This document shows positions 18,782-28,303 of a DNA stretch of 64,000 nt, piece after piece; positions within the stretch are counted from its first letter, which is position 1; the number at the start of each line of letters is the position of its first letter. The DNA is from Candidatus Saccharimonadia bacterium. GTDB taxonomy: Bacteria; Patescibacteriota; Saccharimonadia; UBA4664. Both the position numbers and the translations under genes were made by a program. Where the stretch lies: NCBI GenBank assembly GCA_036488585.1, contig DASXHH010000019.1:5030-69029 (forward strand), written 5' to 3'. The notes below the pieces were generated by a model. That model was not told the origin of the DNA. It was given only the letters and a program-made list of their open reading frames with translations, and made no database searches.

Positions 18782-19798
18782 ATGGCAAGCGGCAGAGGTC
18801 CCAAGGTAGTTGTGATTGGCGGCGGCACCGGTACCTTCACGGTCCTATCAGGCCTCAAGCACTACGTAGGCGACATCACCGCCATCGTTAACATGGTGGA
18901 CGATGGCGGCAGCACTGGCGTGCTCCGTGACGAGCTCGGCGCCCTGCCACCCGGTGACGTTCGGCAATCACTAGTGGCCCTATCCGACGTATCGAAGAAT
19001 TTGCGCGAACTGTTCAATTATCGTTTCCCCAAGGGTTCATTTGCCAGCGGGCACTCTTTTGGCAACCTGTTTATCTCGGCCCTGGAGCAGGTCACCGGCA
19101 GCATGCCCGAGGCTGTAAAGGTGGCCGGCGAAGTGTTGTCGATCCAAGGCCAGGTCATACCCGCCACCACTGACAACGTCCATCTCATACTCGAAACCGC
19201 CGACGGCCGCATTATCCGCGGCGAGGACAAAATCGGGGAGGGACCGGCCCATGAGCGACTGTTCGTGAAGGGCGCACCCCACAAGCTCTGGCTCGAGCCG
19301 GCTGCCACCCTCAACCCCAAGGCCAAGCAGGCTATCGCCGAGGCCGACCTTATCGTAATCGCTCCCGGTAAGCTATACTCATCGATCCTGCCATCACTGC
19401 TCATCGAAGGCATGCCCGACGCCCTCTGCAGGGCCAAGGGGCGCAAAATTTACGTCTGCAATCTTATGACCCGCCCGAACCAAACCGCCGGCTTTTCCGT
19501 CCAAGACTTCGCCGATGAAGTGGAACGTTACGCCGGCGCCCCTATGCTCGATTGCGTCATCTACAACACCGAGCGACCCAGCAAATACCTGCTCGACAAG
19601 TATGCCTTGGAAGGGGAGCGCGAGCCGGTGGAATTTAACACCAACGCTCTTGCTAGTGAGCATTACCAGGCTATCGGCGAGCCGCTCATTTCCAAGACTC
19701 AGCCCAAGCAACCAGGCAGCGACCTGCTTAAGCGCACGCTCATCCGGCATGATTCCGACAAGGTCGCTCGCTTAATTATGCGTATTTACTTTAGTTAG
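18782..19798 (+). CDS. yvcK: YvcK/GlmR (UPF0052) family protein
   Basis: VVIGGGTG, DDGGSTG, LPPGDVR, GHSFGNL, IRHDSDK. Confidence 0.93.
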   Translation: MASGRGPKVVVIGGGTGTFTVLSGLKHYVGDITAIVNMVDDGGSTGVLRDELGALPPGDVRQSLVALSDVSKNLRELFNYRFPKGSFASGHSFGNLFISALEQVTGSMPEAVKVAGEVLSIQGQVIPATTDNVHLILETADGRIIRGEDKIGEGPAHERLFVKGAPHKLWLEPAATLNPKAKQAIAEADLIVIAPGKLYSSILPSLLIEGMPDALCRAKGRKIYVCNLMTRPNQTAGFSVQDFADEVERYAGAPMLDCVIYNTERPSKYLLDKYALEGEREPVEFNTNALASEHYQAIGEPLISKTQPKQPGSDLLKRTLIRHDSDKVARLIMRIYFS

Positions 19799-19815
19799 AA
19801 AGGTTAGGTTAAGCC

Positions 19816-20703
19816 ATGAAAGTTACTACCGCCGTCATCTTCGCCTCCGGGTTCGGCAGCCGTATGCTCCCAGTCACCGCTGCCGTTCAAAAAGAACTGC
19901 TGCCAATTCTGGACCGCCCAGTCATCGATTACGTAGTGAGCGATTGTATCGCTGCCGGCATTAGCCAAATTATCTTTGTGATCCGGCCCAACTCGCATGC
20001 CCTCCAGGATTACTACGTGGGCAATACCGTGCTCGAGAGCCACTTGGAGCGTTTTGGCAAACATGACGCCATCGAAAAGCTGCGTGACATCCACAGCCAA
20101 GCCACCTTCACCTTCGTTGAACAACCCGAATCGGCCGGCTATGGCACCGGCGCGCCACTTAAAGTGGCCATACCGCACCTACCCAAAGACGAAGCATTCG
20201 TAGTTTGTTCGGGTGACGATTTTCTGTGGCGCACCGACGGTGGCTCCGACATGAAGGCTTTAGTGGAGGCATTTTCAGCCGCCCAAGCCGTCGGAGCGAT
20301 AATGTCACTCGAGCGCCCAGACGAGGAGCTGCACAAGTACGGCGTACTTGAAGTAGCCCAAGAAGGGGAGTGGGAATACCTGCGCGAGTTCGTCGAGAAA
20401 CCGGCCGCCGGTGAAGCCCCCTCAAACATGATCAACATTTCCAAGTACATCATGACCCCTCAGATGATCCCATACGTAAAGGCTGTTAAGGTTAACTCCA
20501 AGTCCGGCGGGGAATTGTACGTCACCGACGCGGTCGCCGCCGCCGCTAAAGACCACAAAATCGTAGTTCAACGAGCTCAGGGTGCCTACTTGGATTCGGG
20601 CAGTGCCGCCGGCTGGCTCAAGGCCAACCTGACAGTCGCCGCTTCCAGGCCGGAAATGGCCGACGTCTTGGCCGATCGCGATAATTTTGTCACCAAGCAC
20701 TAA
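19816..20703 (+). CDS. galU: UTP--glucose-1-phosphate uridylyltransferase-like nucleotidyltransferase
   Basis: ASGFGSRMLPVT, QKELLPILDRP, FVEKP. Confidence 0.8.
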   Translation: MKVTTAVIFASGFGSRMLPVTAAVQKELLPILDRPVIDYVVSDCIAAGISQIIFVIRPNSHALQDYYVGNTVLESHLERFGKHDAIEKLRDIHSQATFTFVEQPESAGYGTGAPLKVAIPHLPKDEAFVVCSGDDFLWRTDGGSDMKALVEAFSAAQAVGAIMSLERPDEELHKYGVLEVAQEGEWEYLREFVEKPAAGEAPSNMINISKYIMTPQMIPYVKAVKVNSKSGGELYVTDAVAAAAKDHKIVVQRAQGAYLDSGSAAGWLKANLTVAASRPEMADVLADRDNFVTKH

Positions 20704-20796
20704 CAACAATTTGGGTTTACAAACTGGAAAGTTTGTTATAACATTACATGGCCCAAACGAGCTCTCAACCCGGTGGCCAATGGATATTGAACCTCG

Positions 20797-20825
20797 TTGA
20801 CACCAAATGCCTGATATTTTATAAT
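20797..20825 (+). promoter_or_regulatory. Consensus sigma70 promoter, near-leaderless
   Basis: TTGACA-17 nt-TATAAT, ending 9 nt before ATG 20835. Confidence 0.8.
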
Positions 20826-20834
20826 CTCTGAGTA

Positions 20835-21869
20835 ATGAGCCACGAAACTACTACAAAATCTATCGTCAACTACGACTACAAGACTGCCGTTGATCAAATT
20901 CTGAAAGAGTTGCGCCGCGACCGTGACCGCCAGATCATAGCCCGGCGTTTTGGGTTTGGACTCAGCCGCCGCCAGACGCTCGAGAAGATCGGTGGTGATT
21001 TTGATATCACTCGGGAGCGCGTCCGTCAGATCGAAAAAGCCGCCATCTCCAAGATGCGTGCCTCGGGTTCACTCGAGATCAGCCGGGCAGGCGAGCTGCT
21101 GCGCGAGGTTGTTGCCCCCGCTGGCGGAATCCTACTTACCACCGATGTAGCCGCCATCCTTGGCGCCTCCGACAACGACATCCCATACATCGTATTTCTA
21201 GCCTTACTGGCCCCGGGCATCGAGCTAATCGAAGAAGACGACGATTTGCGCCAAGCCGTCGCCCTGACTCCCGTCTATGGCCACTCGCAGGTTGCCCAGC
21301 TACTGGCCGAGATCACCAAGACCATCAAAGATCACAACAAACCGATTACACTCGCCAAGGTCCGCTCCAAGCTGCCTTCAGAGCTCGACGCCGCCACCCT
21401 GGAGCAGCTCATGCGCGTCTCCAAGCGCCTGGCCTTCTTTGACGGCAAGTGGGGCCTCATTAGCTGGCCAGAGGTCAATCCCAAGAGCATTCGCGACAAG
21501 ACCTACTTGGTTCTCAGCCGCCACGGCCGACCGTTGCACTTTTCGGAGATCGCTAAGCACGTCCGCGGGCTCGGCACCAACAAGCGCGACGTTACCGTAC
21601 AGGCCGTCCATAACGAGCTCATCAAAGACGATCGTTTCATCCTTATCGGTCGTGGTATCTACGCTCTGGCCGAGTGGGGCTACGCGCCCGGCACCGTCGC
21701 CGAAATCATCGCCAGCGTCTTGCGCGAGGAGCAACCACTCCATAAGGATGAGATCGTCCGGCGCGTACTCATGAAGCGTCAAGTCAAGACCACCACCATC
21801 ATCTTGAACTTGCAGGAAAAAGACCAGTTCCAACGCACCGCCAAAGCCACCTACAAACTCAAAGATTAA
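20835..21869 (+). CDS. Sigma70 region-4 HTH + winged-HTH (HARE-HTH/RpoE-delta-like) protein
   Basis: TLEKIGGDFDITRERVRQIEK, plus PLHFSEIA...VHNELIKDDRFILIGRGIYAL. Confidence 0.85.
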   Translation: MSHETTTKSIVNYDYKTAVDQILKELRRDRDRQIIARRFGFGLSRRQTLEKIGGDFDITRERVRQIEKAAISKMRASGSLEISRAGELLREVVAPAGGILLTTDVAAILGASDNDIPYIVFLALLAPGIELIEEDDDLRQAVALTPVYGHSQVAQLLAEITKTIKDHNKPITLAKVRSKLPSELDAATLEQLMRVSKRLAFFDGKWGLISWPEVNPKSIRDKTYLVLSRHGRPLHFSEIAKHVRGLGTNKRDVTVQAVHNELIKDDRFILIGRGIYALAEWGYAPGTVAEIIASVLREEQPLHKDEIVRRVLMKRQVKTTTIILNLQEKDQFQRTAKATYKLKD

Positions 21870-21948
21870 TATTCGCTAAAGTCGTATAAAATAGGCGTAG
21901 AGGGAGGGTCTAGCTATTAACCTCAGCAATCTACTCAGCCCGCTTTTT

Positions 21949-24765
21949 GTGATACTGCAAATCATTGGGCTCATCCTATTTAAATACTATGGATGGGTCG
22001 TGGTGGTAGCTGTGCTTGGTTATTCCACCTGGCAGTACCGCCGCAAAGAGAAGTGGGTAAATGCTACCGACAACATTCTTCTGCTCGTTGAAGTACCAAA
22101 AGACAACGAGAAAAAGGAGCTCTCGGCCGAGCAGATGTTCGCCTCACTGCACGGCATTTTGCGCCCTCGGGCCGAACTACAAAAAGAAGGCTCCATCCAG
22201 GAACACGTCTCGTTCGAGATCGTTTCGCGTAAAAACTCCATTCAGTTTTACGTCTGGACGCCCAAACACCTTAAAGACTTCGTCGAAAGCCAAATCTACG
22301 CCCAATATCCAACCGTCCAGATTAAAGAGAATCCGGAGGATTACTCGCGTGCGCCCGTTGATGGGCGGGTAATTTACGGCACCGAACTCGGCCTCACCAA
22401 AGACACCGTCATGCCGATCAAAACCTTCGCCTCGTTTGAGGTGGACCCGCTGGCCGGTATCACCGGGGTACTCGCCAAAATGGAGCAGGTAGGGGAGGAG
22501 TGCTGGATCCAAATCCTGGCGCGCCCCGCAGACGACTCCTGGCACGAGCAAGGCAAAGGCTACATTGAGGCCATGAAAGGGGGCGCCAAGCCCGACTGGG
22601 GGACACAGGCCGCCAATGTGTTCCTGCAAGTCCCCATTTATATCCTTACCAACCTAGTGATGGCGCTGTTTGCACCGCCCGCACCGCTCGACAAAAAAAC
22701 CGCCGAAAAGAAGGAGCTCAGTGTGGGCCAGCAAGCCGTCTTAAAAGCGGTAGAGGAGAAGAGTGGCAAACTAGGCTACCAAGTAAAGATCCGCATCGCC
22801 TATCTGGGTCCCGACGAGGCCAGCGCCAAGCAACGTATGCAAGCCATCGTTGGTGGCTTCAAGCAATTCAACACCACCAACCTCAACGGTTTCACAAGTA
22901 CCAAAATGTACAACTCGCCAGAGTTCATCGAAGATTATCAGGCCCGGCTGTTCTTCGAACCTGGCTACATTCTCAACATCGAGGAGCTCGCCTCACTGTA
23001 CCACCTGCCTCACAAGACAGTGGAGACGCCCAACATGGTCTGGACCACCGCCAAAACTTCTGAGCCGCCGTCAAACCTGCCGGTGGAGGGCATCACCGAT
23101 CCCGAAGAGATCAGCCTCTTCGGCCTATCCAAATTCCGTGGCCGTAACCTCAAATTCGGCATTAAGCGGCGTGACCGCGGCCGCCACCTCTACATCATTG
23201 GTCAAACCGGCGCTGGCAAGTCGTTCCTGCTGCAGCTACTCACGCTATCGGATATCTACCACGACGTCGGGTTCGCTATTGTGGATCCGCACGGCGACCT
23301 CTGTACTGACATCATGAAATACATCCCCGAGCACCGACTTGCAGACGTCGTTTACTTCAACCCCGCCGACCGCGACTTCCCCATGGCCTTCAACCCCATG
23401 GAGGTCTCAGACCCAGCCATGAAAGACCACATCAGCTCCGAGCTCGTGGGTGTACTCAAACGTATGTTCGACTCCTGGGGTCCGCGGCTTGAGTACATCT
23501 TGCGTTACACCTTACTGGCCCTGCTCGACTACCCTGAATGCACCATGCTCGACATCCCGCGCATGCTCAACGAAAAGGGCTTCCGCAAGAAGGTTATCTC
23601 CTATATCCAAGACCCCGTGGTTAAGAGCTTCTGGGTGACAGAGTTTGCCTCCTGGAACGACAAATTTGCCTCCGAAGCCGTCGCGCCAGTTCTCAACAAA
23701 GTGGGTGCCTTCGTTGCCAACCCGCTGGTACGTAACATTATTGGCCAGAAGAAGAGCGCCTTCAACATCCGCCATATCATGGACGAAGGCAAAATCCTGC
23801 TCTGCAACCTCTCGCGCGGGCAAGTCGGTGAAGACAACGCCGCCATCTTGGGTGCACTCATGGTCACCAAGGTACAGCTGGCCGCCATGTCCCGCGCCGA
23901 CATCGCCAACGTCGACGATCGCCGGCCCTTCTACCTCTACGTCGACGAGTTCCAGAACTTCGCCACTGATTCATTCGCGGTCATCCTCAGTGAAGCCCGT
24001 AAGTACGGCCTCAACCTCACTGTCGCCAACCAGTACATCACCCAAATGCCCGAGGTGGTGCGCGACGCCGTGTTTGGCAACGTCGGTACCATGATTACCT
24101 TCCGCGTCGGTCCCGGCGACTCGGCCGTCCTCAGTAAGTATTACGAGCCCGTATTTGAAGCCATGGACATCACCCGCCTGCACAACCAAAACATCTTCAT
24201 CTCTATGATCATTAACGGCGAGAAAGCCATCCCGTTCTCTGGTACCACCTTGCGCATGCCTGATCCCGAACTCGACCTCACCGATCGCATTGTACAAATC
24301 ACGCGTCAAACCGTCGCCTCACGCCGCGACGAGGTTGAAGCCGATATCCGCGCCCGCACCGCTGAGGCCGGCGACGCCGGTGCCCGTGCCGTCGGGGCCG
24401 GACCCGGTATCGCCGGCGCTTTACCTGAGCCCGAAGAAAAACCGAACAAGGAATTCTTGGGCGGACTCCGCAACCCCAACCTACCAACCCAAGCAGCCGG
24501 ACCCGAGCGTAGGGGAGACAACAGGGGAGGAGACCGCCGGAACAACAGCAGCTCAGATCGCGACCGCAGCCGTGATCGTGACCGCGGACATCGGCCAACC
24601 CAGAGCGGGGGAGATAGCAGGCGAACCCATCCGGCCGGAGTAGGAGGCAACCATCCGCACGCCTATGCCCCCGACGCCCAACCGACCCATTCACCCGTCC
24701 ACTCACCTGCCCCCGACAACGACGGTCGCGCAATTCAGCCCGGCGAACCCATCAGCTTCCGCTAG
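21949..24765 (+). CDS. Membrane-anchored VirD4/TraD/HerA-like P-loop ATPase (CPR-type)
   Basis: Walker A GQTGAGKS, VDPHGD, Walker B YVDEFQNF, SEARKY, ANQY; disordered R/D-rich C-terminal tail. Confidence 0.88.
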   Translation: MILQIIGLILFKYYGWVVVVAVLGYSTWQYRRKEKWVNATDNILLLVEVPKDNEKKELSAEQMFASLHGILRPRAELQKEGSIQEHVSFEIVSRKNSIQFYVWTPKHLKDFVESQIYAQYPTVQIKENPEDYSRAPVDGRVIYGTELGLTKDTVMPIKTFASFEVDPLAGITGVLAKMEQVGEECWIQILARPADDSWHEQGKGYIEAMKGGAKPDWGTQAANVFLQVPIYILTNLVMALFAPPAPLDKKTAEKKELSVGQQAVLKAVEEKSGKLGYQVKIRIAYLGPDEASAKQRMQAIVGGFKQFNTTNLNGFTSTKMYNSPEFIEDYQARLFFEPGYILNIEELASLYHLPHKTVETPNMVWTTAKTSEPPSNLPVEGITDPEEISLFGLSKFRGRNLKFGIKRRDRGRHLYIIGQTGAGKSFLLQLLTLSDIYHDVGFAIVDPHGDLCTDIMKYIPEHRLADVVYFNPADRDFPMAFNPMEVSDPAMKDHISSELVGVLKRMFDSWGPRLEYILRYTLLALLDYPECTMLDIPRMLNEKGFRKKVISYIQDPVVKSFWVTEFASWNDKFASEAVAPVLNKVGAFVANPLVRNIIGQKKSAFNIRHIMDEGKILLCNLSRGQVGEDNAAILGALMVTKVQLAAMSRADIANVDDRRPFYLYVDEFQNFATDSFAVILSEARKYGLNLTVANQYITQMPEVVRDAVFGNVGTMITFRVGPGDSAVLSKYYEPVFEAMDITRLHNQNIFISMIINGEKAIPFSGTTLRMPDPELDLTDRIVQITRQTVASRRDEVEADIRARTAEAGDAGARAVGAGPGIAGALPEPEEKPNKEFLGGLRNPNLPTQAAGPERRGDNRGGDRRNNSSSDRDRSRDRDRGHRPTQSGGDSRRTHPAGVGGNHPHAYAPDAQPTHSPVHSPAPDNDGRAIQPGEPISFR

Positions 24766-24770
24766 TACCC

Positions 24771-24805
24771 CACTCCCCTAGCCGCTTTTTAGCGGCAGGG
24801 GAGTG
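24771..24805 (+). terminator. Strong hairpin downstream of the ATPase gene
   Basis: CACTCCCCT(A)GCCGC / GCGGCAGGGGAGTG inverted repeat; no clear U-tract. Confidence 0.55.
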
Positions 24806-24954
24806 CCATCACCAAAAGCTCCAGACAGAGGCAAAGCACAAGGCAACAAAATCCACGCCCCCACCAAGAGTCAAACGAGGGTAAATAGAAGGTTCTGGCT
24901 CGAGCAAGCCAAAACAAAGACGTATCGTAAGACCTTTTGAGCCCACATTAAGTA

Positions 24955-24982
24955 ACGTCGCACAATGTATATTTTGCGTCGC
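24955..24982. other. dif-like Xer recombination site
   Basis: ACGTCGCACAA-TGTATA-TTTTGCGTCGC has the 11-6-11 layout and the same central hexamer as E. coli dif, and lies at the gene-convergence point. Confidence 0.68.
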
Positions 24983-25160
24983 AAACGTACAAATTAGCGC
25001 TAAAACAGCTGTTTAGTCAAATTTTAACTTTTTTAATTTCATCGCCGGTTTTACCCCTATTCTTTTTGTTGGCGATAAAGAAAGACCCACTCCGCCAATA
25101 TTGCAACCACTTACTAAAACCTTTTGTACAAAAACCGAACTTAGACTAGGGGAGAGGCGG

Positions 25161-25964
25161 CTATTTCCAGTAAGCCCGGCCGGCAATCCTCAGGTCCAAG
25201 TACTGCGCCGGCGCCGTCTTTTGCGCGGTCAACAGCGCCTGCACCGACTTCAAATCATTAAGCTCATCCGTTACCGGTCTACTCGTATCAAAGATTAATT
25301 TATAGCCCTTGTTTGTACTCGCAGTCAGATCAAAGGTAGTGTCCTTAATGTCGAGGCTGGTCACCTGGTATCCATTCGCCCTCAGTGCCGGCACCAACTG
25401 CGTCACAAAGGCCACAAACCGTGGGCTCGCCACTTGCTTGCCTATGGCCACCGGTAGGTTGCTGCCATCATTCACCACCGGCAATGACGAGTCGGCCGGC
25501 AATACGCCGATAGCCGTACCGTCACTATCGAGCAGGTAGTGCTGGTCGCCGCTCAACCAACCCATACTCGGCTGCTTCAACACCACGCTCACCTTTAGGC
25601 CGTGTGGCCAATTTCGCAACACCACCGCCGATCGAATCTGCGCATCCTCCAGTTGTAATTTTGACACCAGCTCCCCTTCGTCCAGCGTCAGCAAGTTGCC
25701 CTGGCTCCACGACTCATGTGTCAGCTTCTCCACCTCTGTCTGTATCTGGTCTCCCCTACTATTTGCACTTACCGCCACTTGGGTGATCTTAAAGAAATTC
25801 AGGACCAAAAAACTGCCACCGAGCACCAGCGCCACCAGTAACAGTAGCCGCTTTTGTAGCAAACTCGGTCCGGTTCGCTTGGGCGTTCGCCGCATCGACC
25901 TCCCCAAAGGCTCTCCCCTACCCCAGCTTTGGCGTCCTACCGTCCTCACCCTCCGCTCGGTCAT
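25161..25964 (-). CDS. ftsQ: Cell division protein FtsQ/DivIB
   Basis: Basic N-tail, TM, POTRA-like region (RNWPHGLKV), C-terminal YLDLR; follows murG. Confidence 0.85.
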   Translation of the reverse strand: MTERRVRTVGRQSWGRGEPLGRSMRRTPKRTGPSLLQKRLLLLVALVLGGSFLVLNFFKITQVAVSANSRGDQIQTEVEKLTHESWSQGNLLTLDEGELVSKLQLEDAQIRSAVVLRNWPHGLKVSVVLKQPSMGWLSGDQHYLLDSDGTAIGVLPADSSLPVVNDGSNLPVAIGKQVASPRFVAFVTQLVPALRANGYQVTSLDIKDTTFDLTASTNKGYKLIFDTSRPVTDELNDLKSVQALLTAQKTAPAQYLDLRIAGRAYWK

Positions 25965-27148
25965 TCGCCGGCCTCCGGAGCGTTCGGCTGTTGTTCGCCC
26001 TTATCCCCTGCCCTACCAATGTCCAAGATTAGTCGCGCCAACTCCTTAGCAGCGTCCGATTTGTAAAACTCCTGGATACTACGCCCCAATCGCTCCCGCT
26101 CTTCATCATCTTCTAGCAGCCTCCTCACCTCCCCCACTAACCTCTCCGGCGTTAACTTGGCGCCATCCAGCACCCGCGCCGCACCGGAACGGGCCAGCAC
26201 CCGGGCATTTTCCACTTGATGCCCGGCCATTTCGTAGTTCGGTATTAGTACGGTTGGCTTACCCAGCGCCGCCAGCTCCGCAATCGTGTTGGCCCCGGCC
26301 CGTCCCACCACCAAATCCGCCGCCGCCAGCGCCAGCGCCATCTCGGCCATCAGGAAGCCATGAACCTGATAACGATCCTGATGCTCCAGCTTACCGGCTC
26401 GCCCCAGTTCAAATTGCACTCGCGCGTATTCGCGTTCGCCCGTGAGGTGAATCACCTGGCACATCTCAAGCAGACCCGGCAGTGCGCCGATCACCACATC
26501 ATTAATTTGGGCCGCCCCGCCTGAGCCGCCAGTCACAAATAACACCGGCAAATCACCCGTCAGCTCAAATTTTTTCTGGCCCTCCGCTCGGTCAGCCCTT
26601 AGCACCTCCGACCGCACCGGGCTACCGGTAAACACCAATCGCGAGCGGTCAAAATCACGATAACTCTTCACCGGGAATCCCACCGCCACCTTCTCCGCCC
26701 AGCGCCCTAGCACGCGGTTGGTCAATCCAGGCGTTACATCCGATTCGTGCACCACATACGGAATTCGCAATATCTTGGCCGCAATCCCCACCGGCAGGCC
26801 CACGTAACCGCCTTTTATAAACACCACATCCGGCTTAAACGACCGCAACAACCGCAAACTACCCCCCACTCCCCAAGCCGCCTTCAACGCGTCTTTAGCG
26901 TTGGGTGCCAGCGTGTGCAGGTTCATCACCTTCTCGAGCATACTGGCCGAATGATAGCGCCGAAACTTGCCCGCCTGGATGGCCTTAAACTTAAGACCTG
27001 AGGCCGCCACGATCCGCTCCTCCATACCCCCGGCCTGACCCACGTACAGCAGCTCGACTGATCTATCGAGCGACTTTAACGCGTCGCATGTTGCCAGGGC
27101 CGGCGAAATATGCCCGGCCGTCCCCCCGCCGCTGACGACTATTCGCAT
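25961..27148 (-). CDS. murG: MurG glycosyltransferase
   Basis: GGGTAGH, GGYV, HESD, GGSGGA, RAGA, HQVENA. Confidence 0.96.
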   Translation of the reverse strand: MRIVVSGGGTAGHISPALATCDALKSLDRSVELLYVGQAGGMEERIVAASGLKFKAIQAGKFRRYHSASMLEKVMNLHTLAPNAKDALKAAWGVGGSLRLLRSFKPDVVFIKGGYVGLPVGIAAKILRIPYVVHESDVTPGLTNRVLGRWAEKVAVGFPVKSYRDFDRSRLVFTGSPVRSEVLRADRAEGQKKFELTGDLPVLFVTGGSGGAAQINDVVIGALPGLLEMCQVIHLTGEREYARVQFELGRAGKLEHQDRYQVHGFLMAEMALALAAADLVVGRAGANTIAELAALGKPTVLIPNYEMAGHQVENARVLARSGAARVLDGAKLTPERLVGEVRRLLEDDEERERLGRSIQEFYKSDAAKELARLILDIGRAGDKGEQQPNAPEAGE

Positions 27149-28283
27149 CGCTTGCCTCTCTTACTGTAAATTTGGAAATGTTTAATAAAATACCAGCCGC
27201 AAACAGCGAAATTACCAGACTAGTGCCGCCATACGAGATAAACGGCAGCGGAATACCGGTGAGCGGCAGCACCGCGAGCATTGCGCCTATGTTTATCATA
27301 GCCTGGAACATCAACCATAGGCTAATACCGGCCGCCGCCAACCGCGCGAACATGTCTGGCGCATTACGTGCTACCTGCAACCCGCGGTACACCAATAGAC
27401 CAAACAACACCACGATCGCGAGCGACCCAATCAGCCCAAACTCCTCGGCGATTATCGCGAAAATCGAGTCGTTGGCAGCCTCCGGTAAGTATCCGTACAC
27501 CTGAATGCTCCGCCCCAGCCCCAGTCCCAAAAAACCACCGGAACCGATCGCGATCAATGCCTGGTTTATGTGGTAACCCTGGCCGGTAAGGTCCTTGCCC
27601 GGATCCAAAAACGTGGTAAGGCGACTTAGTCGGTGCGGGAAGGCCGCCACCGCGCCCCAGCCCAGTACTGCGCTCACCCCCATGAGCCCACCAAAGTGCC
27701 GCCACCGCATGCCAGCCGCGAAGTACATGCCAATAGTAGCCAGGGCCAGCACCATCATCGTACCCATGTCGCGCTGGAACACCACAATCACGAAGCTAGC
27801 CGCGCCCACCATAATACTAAAGGGCAGCACGCCATCCCACAGCGAGCCAATATCCTTTTGATGCCGCTCAAACCAAGCCGCCAGATACAAAATCAGCGCG
27901 AGCTTTAGAATTTCCGCCGGCTGCACCGAAACTGAGCCAAAGCCAATCCATCGGGTGGCACCGTTAGAGCTATGCGACAGCCCTGGCACCAGCAGCCCCA
28001 CCAACCCTACAATCGCGAGCGCCAATAGCCTCGGCGCCCACACCCGCCACTTCGCATATGGGATCGCCGTCGCCACCACCCAGGCTACCAAACCTAGCAC
28101 CACGTACTTGATCTGGTTCACAAAATAATAATTGCGGTCAGTGTTACCCGTAAGCTTATGGCTTAATATCGGGCTAATCGAGTACATCATCACGAGGCCC
28201 ATCGCCAGCAGTACTGTAATAATCAGCGCGATCACATAATCGGGGTGATGCGCCCGCACCGACCGCCCTCCCACTGAATTCAC
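27063..28283 (-). CDS. ftsW: SEDS protein FtsW
   Basis: GATRWI, QPAEILK, YLPEAANDSIF, GIPLPFISYGG. Overlaps murG by 86 nt. Confidence 0.94.
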   Translation of the reverse strand: MNSVGGRSVRAHHPDYVIALIITVLLAMGLVMMYSISPILSHKLTGNTDRNYYFVNQIKYVVLGLVAWVVATAIPYAKWRVWAPRLLALAIVGLVGLLVPGLSHSSNGATRWIGFGSVSVQPAEILKLALILYLAAWFERHQKDIGSLWDGVLPFSIMVGAASFVIVVFQRDMGTMMVLALATIGMYFAAGMRWRHFGGLMGVSAVLGWGAVAAFPHRLSRLTTFLDPGKDLTGQGYHINQALIAIGSGGFLGLGLGRSIQVYGYLPEAANDSIFAIIAEEFGLIGSLAIVVLFGLLVYRGLQVARNAPDMFARLAAAGISLWLMFQAMINIGAMLAVLPLTGIPLPFISYGGTSLVISLFAAGILLNISKFTVREASDANSRQRRGDGRAYFAGPGNMRRVKVAR

Positions 28284-28303
28284 GCTGCACCCTCCATCAT
28301 GGT

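Noticed and set aside
21949-24765. Conjugative element/ICE suggested by the VirD4-like gene
   Set aside because: No relaxase, integrase, T4SS genes, att repeats or compositional shift; the flanks are housekeeping genes.
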